Source: the human T2T-CHM13v2.0 reference genome, Homo sapiens. From it: a stretch of DNA of 64,000 nt. The stretch lies in the NCBI RefSeq assembly GCF_009914755.1, contig NC_060932.1. The stretch is one strand, 5' to 3'. The notes below the pieces were generated by a model. That model worked only from the letters and a program-made list of their open reading frames with translations, searched no databases and was not told where the DNA came from. The translations under genes were made by a program, and so were the position numbers. Positions 44,762 to 62,451 of this stretch are shown here, one piece after another (within the stretch, counting starts at the first letter, position 1; the number at the start of each line of letters is the position of its first letter).

Positions 44762-45300
44762 TATTACACAACAGATTCTAATAATCTTAAGGATAATTGC
44801 CCCATTTTTAAGCAGCTTTGCAGAGGGCCCAGGGCAGAGAAGAATCTACCTCAAAAGGATTTGTGGCCATGACTTTTATGTAACACAACAGATTATAATT
44901 CGATACACAAGAAGCCCATGACGTTTTAAAAGAAATTATATCACCTTGGACTTGAAAGAGTCAGAATCAATATCAAATTAAAAAAAAAGCCCTTGGACTC
45001 CACCCCAAACTAATACAGCCAGGATTCAGGATGAGAAATTTACTCCGCATAAAACACAGGCTATTTCTTAAGGAAAAAGAGGACTGACTTACAGGACAAA
45101 ACCAAGAGCCCAAAGGTCAGAACCAAAGGAAGCAGAGAATCACACCAAAGGTGCAGGACCGCGGCTGCATCCAGGAGCTGGCAACATCCACTACCTGAAT
45201 GTCAGTGTTGTTCTGGAGCAGTGACAGCCCTGAGCCTCTCGCTTTCCCCCTTTTTGAAAGGGCGTGTTTACACATTTCCACCCATCATGGTATGTTGGAG

Positions 45301-45330
45301 TGTGTGTGTCTCTGTGTGTGTGTGTGTGTA

Positions 45331-45382
<52 letters not shown>
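45301..45382. repeat. Compound (TG)n(GA)n microsatellite
   Basis: Direct observation. Confidence 0.95.
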
Positions 45383-46179
45383 TCAGGGGAAGATAATTTA
45401 TTTCTCTATTTCCAGGATTTCAGATTGAGAGGACATGCACTTGAGGAACCAAACGGAAGATTTATTTGTACCTGGACCTGAGATCTGGAACCTTGAACCT
45501 AAGCTTAGTAACATAAGGGGATGAGACTTTTGGGGACTGCAGAAGATGATTAGCACATTTTCATGTGGGGAGAGTATTGTTTGTGACCACAGGGCAGAGT
45601 GTGGCAGATCAAAGGTGGCCACAAATTCTTTGACACTTCTCCCATTGATAAGTGGGAAGTTTGTGGTCCCCTGCTTAAATCTGGTTAGATTCTGTGGCTG
45701 TTTTGATCAATTGAATAAGGCCAAAGTGAAGTCGTGCCAGTTTCTTGAACCAGGTTTTAGGCAGTTGGCAACTTTCATTTCCTGTTCCTTGGAACTCTCA
45801 GTTTGGGGATCCAGCTACCCCTTGAGAAGTATGACTGTACTGACACTGCCATGCTGTGAGATGCCCGGCCATGCAGAGAGGCCCTGGGGGAGGAGGCATC
45901 ATGCAGAGAGAGAACCAAAGAGAACCCATGTACCATGCATGAGTGAGAGTTATCTTGGAAGTGGATTCTCCAGTCCTAGCTGATGCCTCGTGGATTAGCA
46001 AGAAACTCAGAATGCATGATGCATAAAACCCCCGAGCAAAATAAACAGGCAGTTTTGAGCCACTGTGTTTAGGGTAGTTAATTACACAGCCACAGATGAC
46101 CAGAACAACTTCTACTTGGAATTCACTATTTAATCAAAAGCACTTGCTCTTCCTGTCATGAAAATTGTTGGTTATAAAA

Positions 46180-46526
46180 AATTGGAGTTTGTCTGACCTC
46201 ATGACTTCTGGCCAATAGAATGCAGCAGAAGTGATGTCTCCATTTTGAGCCTGGGCCTCAGGAGGCTCGTGTCCTTCTGCTCTTTCTCTTGGAAGCTTTG
46301 GAGCCTGAAGACACGAGTTATCCCAGCTGCCCCGCTGGCTGACCACAAACTTATGAGCAAGCCCAGCTGAGGTCAGCTGAGCCCAGCGGCCTAGAAGAAC
46401 CCACCCCGTTGGACCCAGCCTAAATTGCCAACCCACAGAACCATGAACTGAAAAATGGTTATTGTTAAGCTGTAAGTTTTAAAGTGGTTTCTTAAATAGT
46501 GATAGCTAACTTTAATAGTGATACAA
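46180..46526 (+). mobile_element. MLT1F-like LTR fragment
   Basis: tggccaatagaatgcagcagaagtga...cccagcctaaattgccaacccacagaa. Confidence 0.7.
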
Positions 46527-46669
46527 CAGCCTTCTATTTGATTTACTGCCAACCAAGAACAAAGTGGAGAAATATTGGCTATGCTGTCTAGTTTTAGGGA
46601 ATTTGTTTACTTTCATTTCTTTACACATTGGAGGATGAAACCAATTAACTTTTAGGATTTCTTTGTGAC

Positions 46670-47110
46670 AGAATATGATGAGGAACATGGCAACACTTCT
46701 GTGACATTTCTGCCAAAAATAAAAACCTGAACCTAATTATAAGAAAACATCAGATAAACCCAAACCCAACGACATTCTTCAAAAGTGTCAAGGTCACAAA
46801 GGACAAGGAAACACTAAGAAACTCTTCCAGTTTGAAGGAGACTAAAGAGATGTGACACCAAAAATGCAACATGTGGTTCTGGCTGGATCCTTCGACTAGA
46901 AAGAGCATTATTAGAATGCTGGGCAAAATGTGGGCATTTATGGTTTGTTTAGAGGAGTGCACTAGCATTAACTTACCAGTTTTGGTGGTGGTATTGTGGT
47001 TATTTAGAAATGGCTTTGTTTATAGAAATTATACATGAAAGTATTTGGAGGCTTGGGGCTTCATGTAAATGACTTATTCTCAATAGTTCAGTTTACAAGT
47101 TTAAAAAGAA
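46670..47110 (+). mobile_element. L1MC-type 3'UTR fragment
   Basis: acctgaacctaattataagaaaacatcagataaacccaaa...aaggagactaaagagatgtgaca. Confidence 0.75.
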
Positions 47111-47132
47111 AAAGAATGTCATAGAAAAGAAT

Positions 47133-47234
47133 TGTTTTGTTTTGTTTTGAGACAGAGTCTCAGTCTGTCACTCAGGCTGGAGTGCAGTGGCGCCTTCTAG
47201 GCTCACTGCAATCTCCATCTCCTGAGTTCAAGTG
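47133..47234 (-). mobile_element. Severely 5'-truncated Alu with TSD
   Basis: Perfect TSD atagaaaagaat at 47121-47132 and 47235-47246. Confidence 0.93.
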
Positions 47235-47314
47235 ATAGAAAAGAATATTAATGTTGTGGCAGTTCTAATCCCATGAGATAATAAAGAACAGGTTTCTCCC
47301 ACTTAAGGCAGTAA

Positions 47315-47707
<393 letters not shown>

Positions 47708-48651
47708 TAAATGAGAAAAATTATATGCTTGGCATATCAAACTAGAGCACCTAATCAATTTATATAACCTGGATCCAAAACACAGTCAAACGCCCATATA
47801 TCAAAACATCATGCTAGTATGTAAAACATTTCAAACATCGCTCTCTGATCACCAAATATTTAATATGGTTATTAACAAACTGTTGCTTTGTGTGCAGTAT
47901 CTCAGCCACAATCCCACTTGCTGTCACTTGATGTGCTTTTCAAAATGGTCTACACATGATGACATGATATGAGTATGATATTCTACTAATTTTGTTTGAC
48001 TCAAGACTATTATTTATTCTTATTATTCTTTGTTAAGATTTATTTCCTCCATAGTTTAGTTTAAAATAAGGTATTGAATTTTAGGGAAAATTATACAATT
48101 TTCCTATATAAGCAGTGATAAAAAAGAGTGTGCTAAAATAAGTATGTTTGATGAAGTTTGCATAGTACAATCCAAGAAGTGTTCTAGTAAAAAAAAAAAA
48201 AAATTATCTACAAAGACATAGGGGCTGTGCCTGTATATTAAGAAGCCACAATCAGTTCAGCTGTACGTCTTAAATAGCTCAATAAAACAGAAGAGATTTA
48301 CCCTCAAATGAAAGAATTACATCTATACTATATAACACTATAAATATTTGGCAAGTGAGTGAGATTATTGGCTAGCAATTGGGAAAATGGTTTAGACCTA
48401 TACAACATTATGAAAATCAGTTTCAGAGAATTTACAAAGTTAAACACTTTAAAACAGAAAATCTAGAAGAAAGTGGAACTGAATTTCTTCATTTTATGCA
48501 TTGGAAGAGTTTCCTAAGGATAGAAGCAACAGAAGTCAATAAAAGAAAAACACATGGATTTGGTTACAGTGAAATTTTAAAATTTTGTGTGTATGAGTTT
48601 AAAAGGAAAATAAACATTTACAGCAAATAGGAGACCAAGCATCAAATATTA

Positions 48652-48964
<313 letters not shown>

Positions 48965-49477
48965 GTCACGCTAATCAATTAAAAAAACATTAAGACAATG
49001 TAGAAAAGGGCACACCAAGACCATTTATAAGAGAAAAAATATGAAATTATTGGAAAAATGACTTTGCTTGTAGTCAGATAAAAATCATAACCCTGAGCTA
49101 CCATAGCCATCTATTAAATTAAAGACATCGTTAAAAATATCACGCTATCCAGTGGCAATGAAGGGTGTGGCAAACTAGCTGGGAACTCTGCACATAACTA
49201 GTGTACAAATAAAATAACAGAGCCCTTTGGGAAAGTAATTTGGTATGCTGACCCAAAAGCCATAAATATTAACACATTTTGACCTGTTATACTTTTGGAA
49301 GTTGTTATTATTCTTGCACAAAGGTGATCTTTGCAATATTGTTTACAATGGCAGAAGAAAGTGTGTGTGTTAGAGAGAGGGCAGAAACTAAACAGCTGGT
49401 AGTTAAGTAAGCTATGCTACCAACACTTCATGTAATGATATGTAGTCACTAAAATAGCTTTAAAAATGAACAGAAGT

Positions 49478-49810
<333 letters not shown>

Positions 49811-49813
49811 ACT

Positions 49814-50357
<544 letters not shown>

Positions 50358-51273
50358 TCAGGAGAGATGATGTTACAGTGCTTGTAGTCACCTGGGAAAT
50401 TTTTCCTGTACAACTGTTTAATAAGCATCACCCAAAGTCCATGAAACAATCACACAGACGCTGATGACTGCACTCTGGAAAGCACAGCTGGAACATGACA
50501 GGCCGCTATAAAAAGCCAGTATCCCTTTAGGAGCTGATGACAACACTACCTAAGACTGAGGTCATGCACCAACCTGCCCAAGGAGTCTTTCCATGCAGTC
50601 ACAGCTGCTGTAATACTTTAACAAGGCTTCATAAACACATCAAACGCTTACTGGCCAGGAAATAAGCCTGGTAGTTAGATATTTTTGTTTACGTTCAACA
50701 TAAAGTGTGTCTGTGTTTTTCAACTTTTCATAAGGTTAAGGTCACAGTGTTTTTCCATTATAAAATTGCTCATGTAAGAAAAAAAATACCCACAGTTGCA
50801 CCATAGAAAGTGTTTTTATTATAGGAGTAATCAGTAGACGTAGGATCCATTTTCTCCCCCAAATATCATTTTAAATGTTCAAGTTGCATTTGTGCTGGTA
50901 GTATCAAGGAAGTACACTGGTAATATCATTTTACTTGTAGTTTTGCTGCTCCTTATATTGGAGGATGTTTAAAGTGAATGTAATACAGTAGGGGGTAATC
51001 TTCCATTTAGCTTGATAATTCTATCAGCAAAATGCCAGGGGAGAAGGAATATCATGTTCTCTTTGAATTGCATTTTTGCAACCTGAGATTCAAGTTCAGG
51101 TTTCTTGGTGCACCCTTGGGCATTGAATATGAATTCATTATTGTGTCCAATTTCCTCCGCCTAGCCCCTAAGGCAAGTGCAAACGAGCCATCAACGTCAC
51201 CCCCATGGCCGCTAGAGATCATATCAAAGGAAAGCGCAGAGTGATCCACTGCGCAATGTTCCACTGGTAAGAA

Positions 51274-51569
51274 GTTTTTTTTTTTTTTGAGATGGAGTCT
51301 CACTCTGTCACCCAGGCTGGAGTGCAGTGGCGCGATCTCAGCTCACTGTAATATCTGCCCCTGGGTTCAAGGTATTCTCCTGCTTCAGGATCCTGAGTAG
51401 CTGGCATTACAGGTATGCACCACCATGCCCAGCTAATTTTTGTATTTTTAGTAGAGACGGGGTTTCACCATGTTGACCAGGCTGGTCTCGAACTCCTGAC
51501 CTCAGGTGATCCGCCTGCCTCAGCCTCCCAAAGTGCTAGGATTACCAGTGTGAGACACCTCACCTGGCC
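51274..51569 (-). mobile_element. Alu (AluSx-like)
   Basis: TSD cactggtaagaa at 51262-51273 and 51570-51581. Confidence 0.95.
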
Positions 51570-52024
51570 CACTGGTAAGAATTTATCCATTGGGAAGGAC
51601 TGAAGGGAGAGTCAGGCTGGCCCAAATTGGAAGCTATTCGATACACTTAATATCTTCTAATTTAATTCACACCTTCCAGGTGTGGATTAAATCACATCAA
51701 GAACCACTGTGCTCTGATGATTAAAGGAGTAATTTCTTTTCTTTTTTCCTTTTTGTCACTGTAGTAGCAATTAGCTAGGCACTGCCTGCAAAGGGGAAAG
51801 CAGGCCTCATGCCAGGCTGCATGCTGCTGATGGGGTCACCACCCATTCTTAGCGGGAACATGGTTCTTTATGACAGGTGTGAGATTTGGCCTCAAAGAAT
51901 GACTCACAAAAGCAAAAAGCAGATATAGGTCTTTCTAAAGCTCTTGCTTCTCCAAAAGATTTTTAAAACCCTCAGAGTATTTTATTTCCTATGATTTTGT
52001 AAGTCCCTAATAAATAATGATGGG

Positions 52025-52356
52025 CCTGTAATCCTAGCACTTTGGGAGGCTGAGGCGGGCAGATTACCTGAGGCCAGGAGTTCGAGACCAGCCTGGCCAA
52101 CATGACGAAACCAACTCTACAAAAAATACAAACATTAGCCAGGCATAGTGGTGCACACCTGTGGCTCCAGTTACTCAAGAGGCTGAGGCACAAGAATCTC
52201 TTGAACCCACGAGGCGGAAGTTGCAGTGAGTGGAGATCGCACCACTACACTCCAGCCTGGGCGACAGAGAGAGACACTGTCCCAAAAACCCCCATAAAAA
52301 CCAAAAAACAAAAAAAAAAAACCCACAAAACAATCAAGTAAAAATGAAAAAAAATG
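52025..52356 (+). mobile_element. Slightly 5'-truncated Alu with long degenerate A-tail
   Basis: TSD taatgatggg at 52015-52024 and 52357-52366. Confidence 0.95.
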
Positions 52357-52829
52357 TAATGATGGGATTAATAAAGAAATTTCATTATTTTGTCCTCTAA
52401 AATGTGTGTGCCTGCTCTCAGATTGTCTTTTTGTCTTGGCTGCGATTCTGCATAAAATCTCTCACTGAAGCACTCAAAAGGCTGGTCCTGTGGGAAGAAA
52501 AATAGAATAGCGTTTCTTATTCTTTTTATTGGAGACTTAAGTGAAAATTTTCCTTCCTCTTAATGTAAGTTTTAGGGCAAAATTATTGAGAAAGACTTTA
52601 TAAATCACCCATGAGTTTAATTCTGCACGAGAGAGTATTTTAAAAATAAAAATAATAAACATTATTATTAATAACAATGAATAATAATGAAAGCTAGCAG
52701 AGAGACTGTACAGTAACATGGTCAAGAAGTGGATGAGAGTCAGACAGACTGGTGTAGAATCCCAAGCTAGTAATGGTCAAGACTGAGATTTTACTGCCTC
52801 TCTAGAGGCCATTATTATTGATGGCGGTT

Positions 52830-53210
52830 TGTTATTTCTTGTATGGCTAAGGTGAATATGTAGGTGAGGAGGAGGGAGGTCAAATACCAAGAGAGAGCTG
52901 GAGAGGCTGCCAGGACCAGATTATGAAAGGCCTTGCTTCTGAGTTTGGATTGAATTATAAGCTTGACGTCCACTGGAAAAAATGTATCTTACAGAGAATG
53001 ACATACACCTTGGACATTCTGGCTCATGATGGAGAATGCATGGCCAGGGCAAGAGTGGAGACATGACCTGCTAGGATAATACAGTGGTCCAGTGAGAGGT
53101 CACGATGTCAGAGACAGTAGAGATGGGAACAATGGGTATATTCTGAATTTATCTAGAAGTTAGAATCCACAGGACATGGATTGGATGGAAGTGTCAAGAA
53201 TGAATACTAC
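52830..53210 (-). mobile_element. L2 fragment
   Basis: caggaccagattatgaaaggccttg...gtagagatgggaac...ttagaatccacaggacatgg. Confidence 0.6.
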
Positions 53211-53593
53211 CTTACAGAATTAAAAGACAAGGTGTGACTCTCCTGGTGTCTGTTGTGTATTAACAGGGACCGTCTGACAAATGGTAACTTAATCCAGAAG
53301 AAGAGTAAATCTAGGTTGTTCTGTGCAGGCTTTTTGGACAAAACCCTTTTCAGGCCCTGACTGGTTGCTCAGCCCATTGACCCACAGGGCTGACCATCAG
53401 AGTACATTCAAGCGACTCATACTTTTTATAAGCTTTGGATTCATAATTGAAAAACCTAAATCTTTCATGCTGTCTTTTAAGTACAATACTAATTTTTCTT
53501 TAGTAAAGATTGTTAATTATATTTTCTTTACTAAATCTGTGTCTTTATGTAAAAGAGGAAAAATTAATCTTTACTTTAAAAATCCTTATATAA

Positions 53594-53959
<366 letters not shown>

Positions 53960-54191
53960 TAAAAGCAATTTAAATATCTAGGCAAGTTACCAAAATTTCC
54001 AGTTCATTAAATTGTAAGTAGCTGCATGGCCTGTTTGTAGCTTTCCCTTGGTGTGTTCTTTCTAAAGCATAAATCAGTCTTGAAAGAAAAAGCCAACGTT
54101 TCAAGTGGTATTTACTGAATGCAGAGCCTTGATACAAGTATGCAAATAAGTATACCACGATTGGATAGTATTAAAAAAATCAGAATTAACA

Positions 54192-54650
<459 letters not shown>

Positions 54651-55377
54651 TTACATTGAGAAATAATTCCTCAAAGGTAAGACAAAAAAGTTACTTGAAG
54701 ACTTAATATTGTTTTAACTTAATATATTACTTTATTCTTCAAGCATTTATTCTTTGATGACAATAAACCAACCCTAGCCTTTTTTTTAAAAAGAGAAAAA
54801 TCTGTATCATACTATTTATCTTTCTAACCTAGAGCATATCATTTAGGTCACATATACTTTCCAGAGTTATAAACCAGAATTTGTGTGTATTAACTTACTA
54901 ATATCTTTAATGAATTGACTATAGTCAATAAACAGTTAATGTTAATGATGATAACCACTTGCCTCTGTGTTACGCTACAGCTTACGCAATGCTTTTTTTT
55001 TTTATCTTATTTATCATCTGAAATGGTCTGTAACATAAATGAACGAGGTATTAATCCTTCTTTTTAAACATGAGAAAACAGAAACTGAAGAGCCAAGTAT
55101 CTTTCTCAAATATCAACTATTGGTAAGGCGGAAAGTCAGCCTTGAAAACAAGTCTCTGGGTAGTGCCTTTTTCTATCACAAACCATTGTCTTTGTCAGTT
55201 GCGAGTTAGTAAGTCCCAGGATATTTTTTTAGAAATAAATGAGAACAGATTCAAGATCATCCCTATACTAACATAACTTTTGTTTGCATTCCACTGTTGC
55301 CTTTTTGAATCAGAGAGAAAGTTTTGGGCTTTTGGTTAATATTTTGCAGAACTGTGGCCAAACTTGCATCCCCCTAT

Positions 55378-56218
<841 letters not shown>

Positions 56219-56911
56219 TATTTCTTCAAAGCTGTACAGAAATTTGTGGTTGCTAACTATGAAATTTTGTGACTAGCTAGATGTCTGCAAAGTTCATCAT
56301 CAACGTTCATTAAGGGTCCCAATGCCTCACCCATGTAATCCAAGTCTTGGGAAGGCTTGTGCCATCATAAGATGGCACAAATGACCAGAGTGACCAAGGC
56401 AAGCAGGCAGTGATGAAGGGCCTGGGCAAGGAGTCTGCCTCCAAAGATTGCCCCAAGAAAAGTTAGAATTGGGCATTTCCAGGGCAAGTGATTCCTGACT
56501 TAGCTCTAGAATTCTCAGCTGGAAGTGAAGCTCCAGTGGAGCACTGGGATTCTTGGCTGTCCCTGTATTTCAAGGACATATCTTGGGCACAGTAGATGTC
56601 AGGACAAAAGTACAGGACTTTGGGGTTAATACTTGAAGGGCAAGCAGTGGACTGACGGTGACTACTGAAGACGCAGTGGACAGACCTGTAATTTCATTAA
56701 TGAATTCATACAAAGACATGAGAATGGGAAATGCTGGTACCTCAGCTATGGGCTAAGCAGGTCACCTATAGGCTAACAGTTGATGATGGTATTGTTTCAA
56801 AACAGAATAATCCAGAATGTTTAGCAGTTTGTCTATAATTTAGATCCCAAGAGTCCTAGTCGAGGAAAGATTCATCCCTGCAACCCCCGACCCACCAGTC
56901 AGCTGAGGGCT

Positions 56912-57405
56912 TGTAGCAGTCAGGATCCTGGGAGAAAGGAGGTGACACTCTCTAGCTGAGTAATTAAGGTGATTTTAGTAAAAGTACTATTTGCAAATGT
57001 GTGGGCAGGATTTAAAAAGAGCAATAAAAGACTTTGCCCTACTTTAGGCTAGTCACAGCAGGGAGCCATTTCCACATCTAGGTGGGAAGGTACAGAGGAA
57101 GGGAGAAGTTACCAAGGCTGGGAGACAGCTGTGTGGATGAGGCTGCTGCCAGGAGCTGTGCATTCAGGAGAGGCCTGCACAAAATCCACAGGGCCTGGAT
57201 GGAGCAGTGTCGGGGCAATAAATCCTAAGCCTCACTCTCCCCTCACTCCATCTCCTGCTAGGGACTCTAATTGGTAAACTCCAACTAGAAGTAGGAGGGC
57301 AAGGGAACCCATGGATGTAATCCACACAGTTAGCTTTTGGGGATGCAGAACAAAATGAGGACTATGGATGGAGGGAATAGCCAAGTAAATGAAGATAACC
57401 AGCAC
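56912..57405 (-). mobile_element. LTR33-like ERVL LTR
   Basis: tgtagcagtcaggatcctgg...tatttgcaaatgtgtgggcagg...agggcaagggaacccatggatgtaatcc. Confidence 0.55.
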
Positions 57406-59221
57406 AGGCAACCAGGATCCTTCCAATTGCAAGTGACAGAACCTTATCAGAAACTAACTTAGATAAAAAAGGAAATTTATTGGAAGTTGCTATGGTTTGA
57501 AGGTTTGTGTCCTTTCAAAATTCATGTTGAAGCTCAATCTCCAATACAATACTGTTAAATAGTGTGGCCCTTTGGAGGTGATTAAGTCATGAGGACAGAG
57601 TTCTCATGGATGGATTCAGTGACCTTATAGAAGAGGTTAAAGGGAGCTCACTGGCCCTTTCACCATGTGAGGACACAACAACAAGGCACCATTTATGGAG
57701 CAGAAGACAAGCCCTTACCAGTCACTGAATCTGCTGGCACCTTGATCTTGGCCTCCCCAGCCTCTAGAACTGTGAAAAATAAATTTCTGTTCTTTATAAG
57801 TTACCCAGTCTTAGGCATTTTGTCGTAGCAGCCCAAACGGGACAAAACAGAAATTGGTAGTGAGAAGTGGGGTGTTGCTATAGATACCTGAAAATGTGGA
57901 AGTAGCTTTGGAACTGGGTAACAGGTAGAGGCTAGAAAAGTTTGGAAGTGATGCTAGAAAAAAACTATATTGTCATGAGCAGGACATTAAGGATGATTTT
58001 GGTGAGGGCTCAGAAGAAGAGGTAGGCAGTAGAGAATTCTTCAAACTTCATAGTGATTAAGAAATAATTAACAGAATGTTGGTAGAAATATGAACAGTAA
58101 GGGCCATTCTGATGAGGTCTTAGATAGAAATGAGAAACATGATACTGAAGATGGAGTAAAAGCCATCCTTGTTATAAAGCAAAAAACAACTTGGCTGAAT
58201 TGTATTTGTATCCTAGTGTTTTGTGGAAAGCAGAACTTAAGAGTGTTGAATTAAGATATTTGGTGGAAGAAATCTCTAAGGAAAGTGTTGAGGATGCAGC
58301 TTGGCTTCTCTTAACTGCTTATAGTAAAATGTGAGAAGAGAGAAGCAAATTAAAGACAGAATTTTAACCAAAAAGAAGACAGAACATGATGATTTGGAAA
58401 ACTGTCATCCTGGCTAGGTAGTAAAGAGTGAGAAAGCATGCCTGGCAGAGAAAACCAAGGGTGTGGCCAAAAGATCATTTGATGAGGAGATTAGCATGAA
58501 TGAAGGAAGCCATGTGCTATTCATCAAGACAATGGAAGAATGACGCTGAAGGCATTTGGAGATCTTTGGGGCTGCCACTCCCATGACTGGCCCAGAGTGC
58601 CAGAGCCTTGAGGGCAGAACGGGTTCTAATGGCAGAGCCCAGATGGAAGTGCTCGTGTGACCTCGAGGCTCCTGCCTAGGGCCACCTTAAGTTCCTGTCC
58701 CCCACTTTCCAGTGTAGCGCTCCTCTGCTGCCCCACATGTGGCTCCAGTAGGCCCATGTGCAGTGCGGTCAGCTATGGCCACACCTCTAGAGGGCAAAAG
58801 CGGTAAACCTTGGCAGCATCCACGTGGTGCTAACTCTGCAGGCACAAAGAGCTTGGGGGCATGGCTACCTCCACCTAGATTTCAAAGGATGTTCTGGAGA
58901 TACTTGGGGCCTAGGCAGAGAACTGCTGCAAGTGTGGAGCCACTACAGAGAGCTCCCACCAGGGCAATCTCTAGTGGAGTCACAGGAGGGGGGCACCCCT
59001 GAGACCCCGGAACTCTAGTGTTACCATCATGCAGTGCCAGCCTGGGAAAGCCACAGGCACATGATTCCAATGTGTAAGAGCTACTGCATGGGCGGCACCA
59101 AACCAAGCCATGAGGGCAGGGCTTACTGGAGCTTTGGGGACCCAACTGTACCCGCAGTGTGTCCAGAAGGTGGGGTGTGTAGTTAAAGAAGATTATTCTG
59201 GACACTTACGATTTAATGTTG

Positions 59222-59559
<338 letters not shown>

Positions 59560-60302
59560 CTATTTCTCCCTTTGGAAAGGGAACGTCTATTCTATGCCTG
59601 TCTAAGCATTGTGTTTTGCAAGCAAATTTTTTTGACTTCACAGACTCACAGCAGGAGGGGGAATTTGACTCAGGATGAATCATACCTCAAGTGTCACCCA
59701 TATCTGATTTAGAGCAGACTCTTCAGACTTTTAAGTTGATACTGGAACAAGTTAAGACTTGGGGGGCTATTGGGATGGAATGAATGCATTTTGTATGGGA
59801 GAAGGACTTGAATTTTAGTGGGCCAGGGGTGAAATGCTGTGATTTGAATGTTTGTGCCTCCTCCAAAATTCATGTTGAAACTTAATCTCCAGTGCAACAG
59901 CATTAAGTGATGGGGCCTTTAGGAGGTGATTCAGTCATGAGGGCAGAGCTCTCGTGGATGGGATCAGTGACTTTATAGAAGAGGTTGAAGGGAGCTCCCT
60001 TGCCCTACCACCGTGTAAGGGTGCAGCAAGAAGTCATCATATTGCAGCTGAGAGCAAGGCCTCACAAGACACTGAATCTTCTGGTGCTCCAATCTTAGCC
60101 TCCTCAGCCTCCAGAACTGTGAAAAATAAATTTCTGTTCTTTATAAATTGCCCAGTCTTAGATATTATGTTATCGCAGCACAGACTGAGGCAGAAATTGG
60201 TAGTGAGAAGTGGGGTGGTTGCTATAATAAATACCTGGAAATATGAAAGTAGCTTTGAAACTGGGTTATGGGTAGAGACTGGAACAATTTTAAAGTAAAT
60301 GC

Positions 60303-60333
<31 letters not shown>

Positions 60334-62103
60334 CTGTATTGCCATGAACAGAGCACTAAGGGTGATTCTGGTGAGCACTCAGAAGAAAAAAGAGCCTTGA
60401 TCTTCTTAGTAATTATTTAAGTGGTTCTGATCAGATTGCTGGTGGAAATATGGACAGAAAAGGCTATTTTGATGAGTTCTTAGAAATTAAAACAAGGTAT
60501 TGGGAACTGGGGGAACGGTCGTCCTTGTTACCACATGGCCAAAAACTGAATTACGTCCATGTCCTACACTTTGTGGAAGGCAGAATTTAAGAGTGATAAA
60601 CTAGGATATGCGGCAGAAGAAATTTCTAGGCAGCAAAATGTTCAGGGTGGTGCATGGCTTCTTTTAACTGCTTATAAAATATAAGAAGACGAGAAAATGT
60701 GAGAAGAGAGAAATGATTTAAAGACAGAATTTATCATTAAAAGGGGAGTAGAAGTTAAAGATTTGAAAAATGTTCAGCCTGGCCATGTAAAGCATGAAAA
60801 TAAGCGTGTTCAGGAGAGAACACCAAGGGTGTGGCCAAGCAACCATTTGATGAGGAGATTAGTATAGACAGGAGGAAGCCAGGTGCTATTCATCAAGAAT
60901 ATGAATGGGAGAATGACCCTGAAGGCATTCTGGAGATCTTTGAGGCTACCATGCCCATTACAAGCCAGGGTGACAGGGCCTTGAGGGCAGAATGGTTTCC
61001 AGGAAAGAACCCAGGATTCCCATGGAACATAGGGGTTCACTTAGGCCATCTTAAAAGTCTCTGCTCCCAGCATTCTTGTGCAGCCCTTCTCGGCTGCCCC
61101 AGTTGTGGTTTAAGCAGGCACATGTGGCTTGGAATACCTCTCTGTAAGGTACAGGTCATAAACCTTAGTGGCATCCATGTGGTGTCAATTCTGCAGTCTA
61201 GCAGAATGCAAATGCTATAAAGGCATGGCTGCCTCCAGCTAGATTTCAAAGGATGCCTTAGCGACCTGCAGAGCCCAGGCAGAGAACTGTCACAGGAGCA
61301 GGGGTGCCAAAGAGAGCCCCCACTAGAGACATGCTTATTGGAGTTAAGAGGGGAGGGCCACTGCAGAAAGTCACCTCTAGGGCAGTGCTCAGTAGAGCCA
61401 TGGGAATAGGGCTGCCCCTGAGACTCCAGACCTGTAGAGCCACCAGCGTGCAACACCCGCCTAAGAGAGCCACAGGCACCTGACTCCAACCTGTGAGAGG
61501 TTTAGTGTGTGTAGTGTCCAGCAAAGCCATGGAGACGAGCCTGCAAAGAGACTTGGAGGTTTAACCCCTGTCCCAGTGTGTCCAGAATCCAGGACATGGT
61601 GTCTAAGAAGATTATTCTCGAGCCTCTAGATTTAATGTTGTTTGCCTTGTTGGGTTTTGGTCTTACCTGGAACCTGCTACCCCTTATTCTTTCCACTTTC
61701 TCCTTTTTGGAATAGAAATGGCCAAACTGTATTTTGGAAGCACATAAATTGTTTGGTTTTGCAGGCTCACAGCTGGAAGGAAATTTGTCTCAGGGTGAAT
61801 TATGGCATGAGTATTATCTATATCTGATTTAGATGAGACTCTAGACTTCAGACTTTTGAGTTGATGCTGGAATGAGTTAAGACTTTGAGAAATGGAATGA
61901 ATATATTTTGCATGTGAGACGGACATGAATTTAGCGGAGCCAGAGTGGAATGCTGTGGTCTGAATATGTCTCTTCCAAAATTCAGGAGTTGAAACTTAAG
62001 GGCAATGTGATAGTGTTAAGAGGTAGGGCCTTTAAGAGGTGATTGGGTCGTGAGAGCTCTTCCTCTCATGAATGGGACTAAGGCCCTTATGAAAGAGGCT
62101 TCA

Positions 62104-62413
62104 GGCCACGTGTGGTGGCTCACACCTGTAATCTCAGCACTTTGGAAAGCCGAGGCAGATGGATCACTTGAGGTCAGGAGTTTGAGACCATCCTGGCCAA
62201 CATGGCAAAACCCCGTCTCTACTAAAAATACAAAAATTAGCCAGATGTGGTGGCACATACCCATTGTCCCAGCTACTTGGGAGGCTGAGACCGGAGAATG
62301 TCACTTGAACCTGGGAGGTGGAGGTTGCAGTGAGCTGAGATTGCACCACTGTACCACTGTACTCCAGCCTAGGTGACAGAATGAGACTCCATCTCAAAAA
62401 ATAAATAAATAAA
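62104..62413 (+). mobile_element. Alu (AluS) inside the third MLT1A-family LTR
   Basis: TSD aaagagg(c/t)ttca at 62092-62103 and 62414-62425. Confidence 0.95.
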
Positions 62414-62451
62414 AAAGAGGTTTCACACAGTGTTTGCTTCTCTTGCCCTTA

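Noticed and set aside
50374-50470. Possible C/D-box snoRNA (atgatg...ctga)
   Set aside because: Box C is imperfect and there is no terminal stem or recognisable rRNA guide
56357-56380. Inverted repeat ttgtgccatc-ataa-gatggcacaa
   Set aside because: 10-bp arms are near chance expectation and there is no supporting context
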